A stretch of 64,000 nucleotides of DNA from Verrucomicrobiia bacterium (GCA_963664225.1 OY760937.1:288001-352000); one strand, 5' to 3'. Shown: positions 50,434 through 60,492, counted from the first letter of the stretch. Program-made: numbers and translations. Notes: a model not told the origin generated them from the sequence alone.

Positions 50434-51765
50434 CTATTTCCCGGTGTTTTCGATCCGGTAGAGGTGCGTCTTTGTTCTCAGGTAAATGGCTTTATCCTGG
50501 ACGGCTGGTGAGGCAAGGGAGCCTGTATCGAGAATGTTGGTGGCCAGAAGTTCGTAGGTGCGGCCTGGTTTAACGACAAAGGTTTTTCCCTGCTGATTGC
50601 AGAAATAGATGCGGCCATCGGCGTATATTGGAGATGAAGCATAGGCGCCAGCGATGCGTTCGCGCCAGACCTGGACCCCGGTTTCGGGTTCCAGGCAGGT
50701 GATCATGCCATCATCGCTGATCATGTAGAGGAGGCCATTGACGAGGATGGGCGACGCGGTTTTTGAAACCATCTTGTCATATCTCCACGCGACGTGCGTT
50801 TGGGTCACGTCCCCCTGGCCATCTGTTTTAACAGCCAGCATTTCTGTTTTACCGCCAAATCCCGAGATGAATATGGCCAGACCTTTTGTGCACACAGCCA
50901 TGGAGGATGCCGACCAGGCATCGTATTGAACACGCCAGAGTTCCCTGCCGGTGCGTGGGTCGTAGGAGTAAGCCGCCTTGGCCCCGGGAATCAGCATCTG
51001 TAATTTGTCATCGGTCCTGATGATGATCGGCGTGCTGTGGGCCTTGCGGCGGTCCCCGTCGCGAGTCATCTGGTCCGTGGCATTCTCGTCATTCCAAGCC
51101 ACAGAACGGTCCGTTTTCCACACGGTTTTTCCGGTGGTTTTGTCCAGGGCCACCATGTACTGGAGATCCACGCCGTCCATGGTCAGGATGAGCAGATTTT
51201 CGAAAATAATGGGGGAGGATGCGGGTCCGCGGTAGTGGCGGCATTTCAGGTCGGTGCGTTCCCAGATGGTCTTGAAGCTGGTGGAATCGATGCAGGCAGT
51301 GCCGTAGCTCCCAAAATGAATATAAACGCGGCCAGCTTCGATGGCTGGGGAAGGGGTCGCATAGCTGTTGACGGAGTTACCCTGGGACTCCGGGTTGTCG
51401 CAATGAAACAGTTTGTTGGTGAAAAGGACCTTGCCAGAATCGGCATCCAGGCAGAAGACATAAAAATCATGGCCGTCCACCGGCGCGGTTGTCAGCCAGA
51501 CCTGCTTGTTCATGATGGCCGGGGTGGACCAGCCGCGGTCGGGGATTTCCGTTTTCCAACTGATATTATTGGTTTCACTCCAGGTCAATGGAAGGCCGAT
51601 GGCCGGAGCATTTTCCAATGCCAGAACATGGCCATCACCCGTGGGACCGCGGAATTGCGGCCAGTCGGCCTGCAATTGGGCGCCACCCGCCAGGGTCAGG
51701 AGCAGGAATGCCATACAACCGGCTGTGGAGTAACCGTTTGAAGGTTGAACTGTGTCGTTTTTCAT
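50434..51765 (-). CDS. Secreted PQQ-binding-like beta-propeller protein
   Basis: Signal peptide, ADWPQFRGP, NSYATPSP, ASPA...IYLRT. Confidence 0.88.
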   Translation of the reverse strand: MKNDTVQPSNGYSTAGCMAFLLLTLAGGAQLQADWPQFRGPTGDGHVLALENAPAIGLPLTWSETNNISWKTEIPDRGWSTPAIMNKQVWLTTAPVDGHDFYVFCLDADSGKVLFTNKLFHCDNPESQGNSVNSYATPSPAIEAGRVYIHFGSYGTACIDSTSFKTIWERTDLKCRHYRGPASSPIIFENLLILTMDGVDLQYMVALDKTTGKTVWKTDRSVAWNDENATDQMTRDGDRRKAHSTPIIIRTDDKLQMLIPGAKAAYSYDPRTGRELWRVQYDAWSASSMAVCTKGLAIFISGFGGKTEMLAVKTDGQGDVTQTHVAWRYDKMVSKTASPILVNGLLYMISDDGMITCLEPETGVQVWRERIAGAYASSPIYADGRIYFCNQQGKTFVVKPGRTYELLATNILDTGSLASPAVQDKAIYLRTKTHLYRIENTGK

Positions 51766-51802
51766 ATGTTAAAAAGTGATAGCGATGCCTGGCATGACGT
51801 GA

Positions 51803-51919
51803 TCAGCCGCCAAAGCCAACGTCTCCAAGCTGCGCGCCGTAAAAATGAATGACCAGCAAAACGAGAACGACAGGATTCGCCAGTGCAACCGCGCGCTTCA
51901 ATTGTGGCGTTGGATTCAT
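51803..51919 (-). pseudogene. 38-codon ORF directly after attI-like copy 2; probable truncated cassette gene
   Basis: MNPTPQLKRAVALANPVVLVLLVIHFYGAQLGDVGFGG begins 10 bp after G/TT; no attC follows. Confidence 0.45.
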
Positions 51920-51925
51920 GGTTTG

Positions 51926-52075
51926 CTCGAACTTTGCTTATGCGACCAGTGGTCCAGATCTTGGACCGGGCAGAATCCATTAATAAATCGTCGCATGTAC
52001 GAGGTTTAGAGCCTTTTCCACTGGGGGTCAACACCAGAGGTTCTGTCCGCCCCGCTGCCTGGCCGGTTCGAGATC
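51926..52075 (-). promoter_or_regulatory. Pc-like promoter + attI-like site, copy 2
   Basis: TTGACC(52031-52026)-17 bp-TAAACC(52008-52003); ends GGTCGCATAAGCAAAG/TTCGAG. Similarity to copy 1 stops at the GTT. Confidence 0.7.
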
Positions 52076-52259
52076 GTGATGGGAGAAGAGGCCAGAGGGC
52101 AGAATGGATAATGGCAAGAATGGAAAATGGATAATGGAATAAAAAAGGCATTGACGCACGTCATCATAATGACCTTATTCCAAAGGAGCAGGGGTGTTGC
52201 GAGCGCCGGATTTATTGAAAGGTTTGAGAGGTGGTGCCGCGTGGGGTTGGCGCAAGGAG

Positions 52260-52308
52260 GAATGGATGATGGATTTGACAATGGATTTGCGAAATATGCG
52301 AAAAAGGG
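52260..52308 (+). repeat. ~50-bp direct repeat, copy B
   Basis: gaatggatgatggatttgacaatggatttgcgaaatatgcgaaaaaggg. Confidence 0.75.
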
Positions 52309-52407
52309 CGGGGTCTCACGCGAAGGCGCGAAGAGAAAAGTGATTGTTAATATGGATAAACAACTTGGGACTTCCTGAGAGTGGGGCTTGGGCGTAGGCT
52401 GTCAGGC

Positions 52408-53268
52408 ATGGCCATCATTGGCAAACGCAATATTTTGACGGTTGTCCGGGATTCGACTCCGGGCATCTATCTGGACGACGGTGAGAATGGGGAGATTCTC
52501 CTGCCCAATCGCTATGTGCCGCGCGGGCTGGGAAGGGGCGACCGGATCGAGGTGTTCGTTTACCGCGATTCGGAGGATCGATTGGTGGCGACGACTGAAA
52601 CACCCCTCGCTGAGGTGGGGGAGGTGGCCACGTTGAAGGTGATCAGTGTCAACCGACAGGTGGGCGCTTTTCTGGACTGGGGGCTGGCCAAGGATTTGCT
52701 GCTGCCTTTCCGGGAGCAGACCGGTCCGGTGCGCGTGGGTCAGGAGGTGCTGGTGCGGGTTTACGTGGACGAAAACACCCATCGCATTGTGGCCACGATG
52801 AAGCTGGACAAGTATTCAAAGATCGAGCCGCCCTGTTACCGGACCGGTGAGCGGGTGGAGTTTGTGATCGGTGAGAAGACGCCGTTGGGCTACAAGGTCG
52901 TGGTGGAAGGTCTGCATTCCGGGATGCTCTACAACGATGGCATTCATGTTCCGGTGAAGATCGGGCAGAAACTCAAGGGTTTTGTGCGGGCGATCCGGCC
53001 CGACGGTAAAATTGATTTGAGTCTCGACCAGGCGGGTTATCAGCGCGTCGTGCCGCTGGCCCTGCGAATTGTTCAGGCGCTCGAACGGGGCGGAGGCAAG
53101 CTGGGCTTCGACGACGACAGCGCGCCTGATGATATTCGGAAGGAATTTGGCGCGAGCAAGAAGGCCTTCAAACAAGCCCTGGGCACGCTTTACAAAACCC
53201 GGCGCATCCGTTTTACAAATCCGGGCATCGAGTTGCTGGATAATACGACCTGGTCGCCGGGGAGTTAG
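52408..53268 (+). CDS. cvfB: CvfB/YitL family S1 RNA-binding protein
   Basis: VFVYRDSEDRLVATT, GAFLDWGLAKDLLLP, SKKAFKQALGTLYK. Confidence 0.88.
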   Translation: MAIIGKRNILTVVRDSTPGIYLDDGENGEILLPNRYVPRGLGRGDRIEVFVYRDSEDRLVATTETPLAEVGEVATLKVISVNRQVGAFLDWGLAKDLLLPFREQTGPVRVGQEVLVRVYVDENTHRIVATMKLDKYSKIEPPCYRTGERVEFVIGEKTPLGYKVVVEGLHSGMLYNDGIHVPVKIGQKLKGFVRAIRPDGKIDLSLDQAGYQRVVPLALRIVQALERGGGKLGFDDDSAPDDIRKEFGASKKAFKQALGTLYKTRRIRFTNPGIELLDNTTWSPGS

Positions 53269-53294
53269 CCAGGCGACCACATGTCGGCCGAAAA

Positions 53295-54527
53295 TTACGG
53301 TTTGGCGCCGATGCAGTAAAGGTTGGCGAAGGTTCGCAGGAAGATCTGGCCGTCGCAGATCGCAGGAGAGGCGAAGGTTTTTTCGCCAAGTTCGTTGCGG
53401 GCAGCCAATTCGAATTTGGGCCCCGCCTTGACGACGGTCATCACGCCTTCGTCGTTCAGGAAATAGACCAAGCCATTGGCGACGACCGGCGAGGCGTGAT
53501 AAGCGCCTGTTTTTTCCTTCCACAGGAGATTGCCCGTCGCGGCGTCGAGACAGCAGGTGTCCCGGCCTGAGAAACTGCAGGTGAAGAACCAATCGCCGAC
53601 GCTGATGGGAGAGGGGACGTAGGGGGCGTTGGGTTCGTTTTTCCACGCAACTTTGGTGGCGGTGATGTCGCCTTCGCCGTCCGGTTTGATGGCGACGAGG
53701 ACTTTCTTGGGCCAACTGCTGCTGGTCAGGACCAGGCCGGTTTTTTCGTTATAGGCGGCTGTGACGACGGAGTCTTCCGAATGACCTTTGAACACCCACA
53801 GCTTGCGGCCGGTTTTGGGATCGTAGCTGGTCACCGTTTGATTGCCCGCAACGACCATTTGCATGCGTCCGGCCATTTCGCGGATCAGCGGGGGGCTGTA
53901 GCTCTGGGTGGGATTTTCCGCCTGGACCTTCCAGGCCACTTTCCCATCCGCCTGGTTCAGCGCGACGATGAAGTTTTCGCCCTTGCTGTAGCAGACGATG
54001 ATGACCTTGTCCTCGAACAGGGTGGGTGTGTGGCTGAAACCGTGCTGGCTGTAGAAGAGGCCGGGACGCGCCTGCCAGACCTGTTTACCGGAAAAATCGT
54101 TCGCGGTCACGACGACATTGGAGACGTCCAGGAATGTCGTATAAAGCAATTTGCCATCGGTGGCCACGCTGGAGGATGCGTAGCTGTTTTCCGAATTTTT
54201 GGCTTCCAGCGGGGCTTTCAACACGGTTTGCTGCCAGAGCAACTTGCCGCTCTTGCGGTCAAAGCTTAACAAAGCGCGCTCCTGGGTTTCTTTGAAGGCG
54301 GTGGTCAGGAAAATGCGGTCGTCCCAGATGATCGGGGAGGAATGGCCTTCGCCGGGAACGGCGGTTTTCCACACCACATTGCTGGTGGCGCTCCATAGAA
54401 CTGGAGGATTTTTCTCGAGGCTGGTGCCGTCACCGCGCGGTCCGCGCCAGACAGGCCAGTTTTCCGCATGAGCGAATGCAGCCGAGGAGGCGAGCAATCC
54501 TGCAAAAAGTAATTGTCGTAAAATCAT
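53295..54527 (-). CDS. Secreted PQQ-binding-like beta-propeller protein
   Basis: AENWPVWRGP, GHSSPI, ASPA...IFLRT. Confidence 0.88.
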   Translation of the reverse strand: MILRQLLFAGLLASSAAFAHAENWPVWRGPRGDGTSLEKNPPVLWSATSNVVWKTAVPGEGHSSPIIWDDRIFLTTAFKETQERALLSFDRKSGKLLWQQTVLKAPLEAKNSENSYASSSVATDGKLLYTTFLDVSNVVVTANDFSGKQVWQARPGLFYSQHGFSHTPTLFEDKVIIVCYSKGENFIVALNQADGKVAWKVQAENPTQSYSPPLIREMAGRMQMVVAGNQTVTSYDPKTGRKLWVFKGHSEDSVVTAAYNEKTGLVLTSSSWPKKVLVAIKPDGEGDITATKVAWKNEPNAPYVPSPISVGDWFFTCSFSGRDTCCLDAATGNLLWKEKTGAYHASPVVANGLVYFLNDEGVMTVVKAGPKFELAARNELGEKTFASPAICDGQIFLRTFANLYCIGAKP

Positions 54528-54648
54528 GATGCCAAAGGCTAGACCAAACAGGACGCAACTCAATCCTGAATAACATCAAAACGAATCGGAAATGGGGAAA
54601 CGTATTTCCTTTTCATCGGCTTTCCAATAGGCCAGTTCTAGTGGAGTC

Positions 54649-55545
54649 ATGTTCCGACTGGATCCATTTACCATAGGCGCGATTATAATTTGGATTTTTC
54701 TGGCGGTGCCGCCGGCATTGAAAAGAAAATCCATTGTGTGGTTTTTTGTGGCGCTGGCGATGTCATTCGCGGTGGTGGTGCTTCCGTTATTTGTTTTTTT
54801 CATGAGCGGTTTGCTGAAGCCGGATTGGAAAGGGGGATGTCAATACGGCTGGCTGGATTGCTTTTTCGTGGGCAAGTTCGCCCTCACGCCGATGGTGCTG
54901 TGGGCAACGGCGGCGTTGTATTCGGTGGTGGTCTTGCGCGTTGAGAAACGCACCCGGGCATGGATCGTTTTGGGAATATTCATTGGGGCGGTCACATCGA
55001 CTGTCTGCTTCGTGCATGGAATGATTTATTTTATCTGGCCAAAGGACAGATTCGTGTTGTGGATGCTGGTGCCGCTTTATGTTTCGGTGTGGTATTGGGT
55101 CCGCGCGGTTCAATTGATCAGGGAATCGAAGCTGGGATTGAAAAACTATCTGTGGGCCATGGCGGGCTCGCTTCCGTTTTGGATTGGAAGCGTGTGGTGG
55201 TCCAAACAAACCTATGCTGCGTTGCCGGACGTGGCGCCGGGCTGCTTCATTGTTACTGCGGCCGGTCGCGGTCACAGGAAACTGGTGGGGCCGTTTTTTG
55301 AAATCGAACGCAAAGGCCATTGCCTTCGCGCCAATCGACAACTCATCACGCTCTGGCAGTTTGAAAAACTTTGGCAAAAAAAGTCGCCGCAGAGTCACCG
55401 GAGTTTTCGCCGCATCTACAACCGGTTCGGCCCGATCGTTGCGGCGCAAATCCAATCGCCCTGGCTTGCGGATATTGCCTACATGGCCATCAAACCGGTG
55501 GAACTTGCGGCGAGGATGGTCACCTCGAGTTCCAAGGAACACTGA
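54649..55545 (+). CDS. Multi-pass membrane protein with CFIVTAA motif (DUF6688-like)
   Basis: About 6 TM helices followed by GCFIVTAAGRGH...YNRFGP...AYMAIKPVE. Confidence 0.6.
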   Translation: MFRLDPFTIGAIIIWIFLAVPPALKRKSIVWFFVALAMSFAVVVLPLFVFFMSGLLKPDWKGGCQYGWLDCFFVGKFALTPMVLWATAALYSVVVLRVEKRTRAWIVLGIFIGAVTSTVCFVHGMIYFIWPKDRFVLWMLVPLYVSVWYWVRAVQLIRESKLGLKNYLWAMAGSLPFWIGSVWWSKQTYAALPDVAPGCFIVTAAGRGHRKLVGPFFEIERKGHCLRANRQLITLWQFEKLWQKKSPQSHRSFRRIYNRFGPIVAAQIQSPWLADIAYMAIKPVELAARMVTSSSKEH

Positions 55546-55630
55546 GCGGCGTTCAGAATTATCAGCGCAAAAACGTCAACGCGATGCCTTTGCGTTTGAC
55601 TTGAACGCCGGTCCGGCGTAAGTCGAGGGC

Positions 55631-56971
55631 ATGATAAATCCAAACCTTTCGCGTCGTCGGTTTTTAAAGCAAACCGCCATCCTTGCCGGAGCTGTTGCCG
55701 GTTTTCCCTATCTGGCCCGATGCGCCAGTCCCAACAGCATGGTCCAGGTGGCCGTCATTGGCGTTAATGGCCAGGGATTGTCCGATCTGGCCGAGATTGG
55801 ATCGCATCCCAAAGTCAAATTTGTCGGCTTTTGCGACATCGACAAGAACCGGTTTCAGGACGCGGATACGCGGTTTCCCAATGTGCCGCATTATGCGGAT
55901 TACCGTGAAATGCTGGCCACCCTCGGGGACAAGTGCGACGCGGTGCAGGTTTCCACGCCCGATCACACGCACGCGCCTGCGGCGATGACCGCGATGCGGC
56001 TGGGCAAACATGTGTATTGCGAAAAGCCCCTGGCCCACACCGTGTGGGAGGTGCGTCAGATGCGCCTGCTGGCCGAGAAGAAAGGCCTGATCACCCAGAT
56101 GGGTAATCAAATCCATTCGAGGATGGAATATCAATTGGGCGCCTTGCTGATGCGCGAGGGGGCCATTGGCAAGATCAAGGAAGTGCATTCCTACATCGGC
56201 GCGTTTGGCCGCGGTTACGCCAGCCAGACCGAGCGTCCGCCGGAAGCGCCGGTGCCCGCGAATGTGGATTGGAATTTGTGGATCGGATCAGCCCCCATGC
56301 GGCCTTATGCCGCGGATGCCTATCATCCGTTTAAATGGCGCACCTGGCAGGATTTCGGTGGCGGCGGCCTCGGCGATTTCGGCTGTCACGTGATGGACCC
56401 GGTCTTCATGGGCCTGGGAATCACGGCGCCGTCGTCCATCCGTGCCGAACACGCGGGCACCAATCACGAAGTCTGGCCGGGACCCGAAACGGTTTATTAC
56501 ACGTTCCCCGGGACGCAGTATACGGCGGACAAACAAATCGTGGTGACCTGGCGCGACGGTGGTTTGTTGCCGCCGTTGGACCATCCGTTTGTGGCCGGGG
56601 CGCTCAAGCTGCCCAAAGGCTCTGGCGGTTCGCTCATCATCGGCGAAACGGGGGCGATGCTGCTGCCGCATTGGGCCGCGCCGCGTCTCTATCCCGAGAA
56701 CAAGTTCGCCCAGTTTAAATTCCCCGAAGTGGCGAGCCGCAGCCATTATCATGCGTGGATCGATGGCATCCTCGCGAACAAGAAGACCAGCGATGGTTTC
56801 CATTACGCGGGGCCGCTGGCCGAGACGGTCCAACTGGGCAATATCGCCGCGCGCATGCCGGGCAAGGAATTGCAGTGGGACGCCAAGGCTCTTAAAATCA
56901 CGAACTCATCCGAGGCCAACGCGCTGGTGACGAAATCGTACCGCGCCGGGTGGGAAGTGAAGCCGGCGTAA
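55631..56971 (+). CDS. Tat-exported Gfo/Idh/MocA oxidoreductase
   Basis: SRRRFLK signal, STPDHTHA, KHVYCEKPL, GDFGCH. Confidence 0.92.
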   Translation: MINPNLSRRRFLKQTAILAGAVAGFPYLARCASPNSMVQVAVIGVNGQGLSDLAEIGSHPKVKFVGFCDIDKNRFQDADTRFPNVPHYADYREMLATLGDKCDAVQVSTPDHTHAPAAMTAMRLGKHVYCEKPLAHTVWEVRQMRLLAEKKGLITQMGNQIHSRMEYQLGALLMREGAIGKIKEVHSYIGAFGRGYASQTERPPEAPVPANVDWNLWIGSAPMRPYAADAYHPFKWRTWQDFGGGGLGDFGCHVMDPVFMGLGITAPSSIRAEHAGTNHEVWPGPETVYYTFPGTQYTADKQIVVTWRDGGLLPPLDHPFVAGALKLPKGSGGSLIIGETGAMLLPHWAAPRLYPENKFAQFKFPEVASRSHYHAWIDGILANKKTSDGFHYAGPLAETVQLGNIAARMPGKELQWDAKALKITNSSEANALVTKSYRAGWEVKPA

Positions 56972-57002
56972 GATTCAGACGGTTTTTTAGAGTTTGCGCG
57001 CG

Positions 57003-57033
57003 AGCGGCCCAATTCGTCATCGAGTTGGGCCGC
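57003..57033. terminator. Hairpin between convergent genes (putative bidirectional terminator)
   Basis: AGCGGCCCAATTCG-TCAT-CGAGTTGGGCCGCT. Confidence 0.6.
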
Positions 57034-57106
57034 TTTCGCATTTGAACCGGAGCGCCAGTCCGGTCAACAACCGCATTCAGTCGAACAAAGCTTCAATTCA
57101 AGGGAA

Positions 57107-57730
57107 TCAGGGTCTTTTGTTATACTGCGGAAAGTGGGCCTTGGAGCAGTCCGGGCAGATGCCGTGGCTGAAATCCGAATTGGTGTGTTCCCGGATGTAG
57201 GATTCGAGCTTCTCCCAGTCGCCTTCGGTATTGCGGATTTTTTTGCAGTAGGAGCAAATTGGAATAAGACCGGACAAGGTCCTTACATTGGCGAGAGCCT
57301 CCTCCAATTCACTATTCCGCTTTTTCAAATCCTGCTGCAATCTCATCAAGGTGATATGGGTTTGAATGCGGGCCAGCAGTTCCTTGGCTCGAAAGGGCTT
57401 GGTGACGAAATCCGCGGCGCCCAAATCGAAACCCTTGACGATATCCTCCGTATCGTTCTTGACGGTCAGGAAGATGATGGGGATGTCCCGGAAGGACGGG
57501 TTTGTCTTGAGCGTTTTGCAAACTTGATAACCGTCCATTTCAGGCATCATGATGTCGAGCAGGATCAAGTCCGGTTGCACTTTTGGAAGCATGTCGAGCA
57601 CAAGTCGGCCCTCGCGGGCAATTGCCACGCGATATTTTGCGTCCATCAGAATGGTTCCAAGTACCTGGACACTGTTCAAGTTGTCTTCAACGATCAGAAT
57701 GGTGGGGGAATTTTTCGGCGAGTCTGTCAT
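57107..57730 (-). CDS. Response regulator with C-terminal Cys-rich domain
   Basis: ILIVED, LLDIMMPEMDG, TKPF; C-terminal IPICSYCKKIR...SHGICPDC. Confidence 0.9.
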   Translation of the reverse strand: MTDSPKNSPTILIVEDNLNSVQVLGTILMDAKYRVAIAREGRLVLDMLPKVQPDLILLDIMMPEMDGYQVCKTLKTNPSFRDIPIIFLTVKNDTEDIVKGFDLGAADFVTKPFRAKELLARIQTHITLMRLQQDLKKRNSELEEALANVRTLSGLIPICSYCKKIRNTEGDWEKLESYIREHTNSDFSHGICPDCSKAHFPQYNKRP

Positions 57731-60492
57731 GGTGTGTGGCCTTTTTCACTGGATTGCCGCCGGCCTGGGCGGAAAAAAAATTTGGGGAATTGCGCCAGGG
57801 TCTGTTCCATGTTGGCCATGTCAAAGTGAATGGCCTCGTTGCGCAGTTTGTCACCCCAGGCCGCCAGTCTTGAAGCTTGGTGCATGCTGGCGACGGCGAT
57901 TGTATTTTCGGCGAATTCGAGCACTTGATTGATAATGACGGTGCGTTGAGCCTCTTTCCACAACGGAGCCAGCTCTGTTTCCAGCCTCCGCTTCAATCCT
58001 TCTGCATCGTGCAAGTCGGTTGGGTCGAATTCGAACAAAGAATCCTCCTGGCCCGGTTTGTTCGGTTGGGATGAGTCTTTCCTGGAATGCTTCAGAAATC
58101 GGGCAAGGACTTTCATCAATTCAGCCCGGCTGATCGGTTTGCTCAGGAAACCCTCACAGGTCGCTGTGATTTGAGCCTCTTCGGATTTCATGGCGGACGC
58201 GGTCACCGCCACGATGGGAATGGAACGTGTTTTGGGATCGTTCTTGAGAATGCGACTGGCTTCCGCGCCATTCATGCCAGGCATCATGATATCCATCAGG
58301 ATCAGGGCCGGCTGCTTATCGCGGGCCAGTGCGACAGCCTCACGTCCATCCATGGCTTCCAGAATCTCGAGCTTGGAACCTTCAAGATAACCTTTGATGA
58401 GTTCTCGGTTCAGGCTGACATCTTCCGCCACAAGGACGGAGGCAGGTTCAAATACGATTGTGGCACGGTTGTCTGGAGATTCCTGGCTGGTAACTTCTCC
58501 CTGGGCTGTCTCTTCGACATCCCGAAAGGTGACGCTAAAGACGGAACCTTTTCCCAGCTCACTTTCCACGGTGATTGTTCCGCACATCAGTTCGGCCAGA
58601 TGTTTGCTGATGGCAAGGCCCAGTCCGGCGCTTCCCTGTTTGGCGAGGTTTTGGCCTTTTTTTCGGTCAAAGCCCTTAAAAATGGCATCCAACTGGTCGC
58701 CCGGGATGCCCACACCCGAATCATGCACTTCAAAGACAAGTGTGCGTCGTGCGTCCGGGGACAAGGGCAGGGCCCGCGCCACAACCCGCACAAAGCCGTG
58801 GTCAGTGAATTTAACCGCATTGCCCACCAGATTGAGCAGAATCTGACGCAGGCGCGTTTCATCCAGAAACACCGATGTTGGAAATCCATCCTCGATTTCC
58901 GTAAAATAAGTCAGCTTTTTCTCATCAATCTTTCGGACAAAGATCCTCTCCAATTCCTTGAGAACACTGCCGGGATTGATTGTGGAATATTCCAACTGCA
59001 GATTGCCAGCCTCCACCTTGCTCAAATCCAGACCGTCGTTGATCATGGCGAGGAGGGATTTGGCGCTGGAGTGAATCGCGTGAATATACTGCTGGTGCCG
59101 GGGTTCCTGAATCTGATTTTCCAGAATCTCCGAGAAGCCAAGAATGGCATTCATCGGGGTGGGAATGTCATGCGACATGATCGATAGAAATTCACTCCTC
59201 GCCTGATTGGCCGCCCGGGCTGCCTCCTCAGCCTTCTGACGCGCTCTGACTGCGGTATCAAGTTCATTTGTGCGCTCCTGAATGCGATGTTCCAGTTCAT
59301 CGCTCTTCAGTTTCAGAGCGCGCGCGTTGCTTTTAATGGCATCAAGCATGGAATTAAAGGCCTGGATCAAGTCGCCAAATTCATCCTTCCGCAACGCCAT
59401 GGCGCGAACGGAATAGTCCCCCGCAGCGATGGATCGCGCCGTGGCTGTGAGTTGGCTCAAAGGCGTGAGGATCGTATGATTGATCAGCAGGGTGAGGGTC
59501 ACCATCAGGACGCCCAGGGCCAAAAGGATCAGCAGGCCCAGGGGTGCAAACCTGGCCATCTGGCTTGCCTTGGACAGGTCGATCAACGAAACCAGATACC
59601 AATCGATCTCCGGCAGATAGGCCACGGATACCTGGCGGCGCCTGCCTTCGATCACGAATGAAAGTGCGGCCACAGAGTCCGGGGATGACTTGAGCGAAAC
59701 AAACGCTTTGCGCAAATCTTCACGGTCTCGTTCATTGGGCATCAAACGGTATATTGTGCTCCGGTCCTCGACCTTCTTTGAAAGGGTGTTCTGATCGATC
59801 AGATTGGTATTCGAGTGGGCGAGGATGGCTCCCGTGGAATCGACCAGGATCGGGGTGGCGGATTTGTTTTGCGAATTCACCAACCGGTCGATGAACGTTT
59901 TTAGACTCAGTCCGCTACCCGCCACGGCAACCGGCTCATTGCCGATGCGCATCACTGTGTTGATCCAGACCATCGATTTGCCGGGCACCACGTTTTGGTC
60001 CAGGCTTGCGAGAGGCCGGTCTTTTTTCTTGAGGGCGGAATAGAACCAGGCATCCCGGGCACCTTGAGGGCTCAAGGTGTATGCCGGTCGATCTCCATTG
60101 GTCCCGGTCGAGTCGTCGCGGAAATAATAGTTGCCCGAAGTTCGAATCGCGAAAAAGTAACTTTTGTCGCTGAACTCCTTGCGAAAGCTTTCCAACTCCC
60201 GCAAGGCAGCGGCTTTCAACGCCGGATTGTTCTCGTCCTGGACCCAATCGGTGAGGACGGGGTTCTTCGTTAAAGCCTCACAAAGAGCTGCTTCACGTTC
60301 CAGAGGCGCGAGAATACGCCCTTTTTCCCGCAGGGTAATTTGTTCCGCAAAATCGGAGCCGATATCACTGAGCATCCGGCTCAAAGTGAGATAAAACAAC
60401 CCGGCGCCCAGAACGCAGATGGAAATGGCCAACACCGCAGTCCATCCGATAAACTTGGCTCGAATTCTCTCGCTATGGCCGTCGAACTTCAT
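57727..60492 (-). CDS. Hybrid sensor histidine kinase (periplasmic Cache-like, HAMP, HisKA, HATPase, REC)
   Basis: Two TM helices, HAMP DEFGDL, SHDIPTPMN, NLVGNAVKFT, DSGVGI, GLGLAI, LMDIMMP. Confidence 0.92.
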   Translation of the reverse strand: MKFDGHSERIRAKFIGWTAVLAISICVLGAGLFYLTLSRMLSDIGSDFAEQITLREKGRILAPLEREAALCEALTKNPVLTDWVQDENNPALKAAALRELESFRKEFSDKSYFFAIRTSGNYYFRDDSTGTNGDRPAYTLSPQGARDAWFYSALKKKDRPLASLDQNVVPGKSMVWINTVMRIGNEPVAVAGSGLSLKTFIDRLVNSQNKSATPILVDSTGAILAHSNTNLIDQNTLSKKVEDRSTIYRLMPNERDREDLRKAFVSLKSSPDSVAALSFVIEGRRRQVSVAYLPEIDWYLVSLIDLSKASQMARFAPLGLLILLALGVLMVTLTLLINHTILTPLSQLTATARSIAAGDYSVRAMALRKDEFGDLIQAFNSMLDAIKSNARALKLKSDELEHRIQERTNELDTAVRARQKAEEAARAANQARSEFLSIMSHDIPTPMNAILGFSEILENQIQEPRHQQYIHAIHSSAKSLLAMINDGLDLSKVEAGNLQLEYSTINPGSVLKELERIFVRKIDEKKLTYFTEIEDGFPTSVFLDETRLRQILLNLVGNAVKFTDHGFVRVVARALPLSPDARRTLVFEVHDSGVGIPGDQLDAIFKGFDRKKGQNLAKQGSAGLGLAISKHLAELMCGTITVESELGKGSVFSVTFRDVEETAQGEVTSQESPDNRATIVFEPASVLVAEDVSLNRELIKGYLEGSKLEILEAMDGREAVALARDKQPALILMDIMMPGMNGAEASRILKNDPKTRSIPIVAVTASAMKSEEAQITATCEGFLSKPISRAELMKVLARFLKHSRKDSSQPNKPGQEDSLFEFDPTDLHDAEGLKRRLETELAPLWKEAQRTVIINQVLEFAENTIAVASMHQASRLAAWGDKLRNEAIHFDMANMEQTLAQFPKFFFRPGRRQSSEKGHTP

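Noticed and set aside
54649..55545. DUF6688-like gene as a further integron cassette
   Set aside because: No RYYYAAC...GTTRRRY palindrome found after its stop codon.
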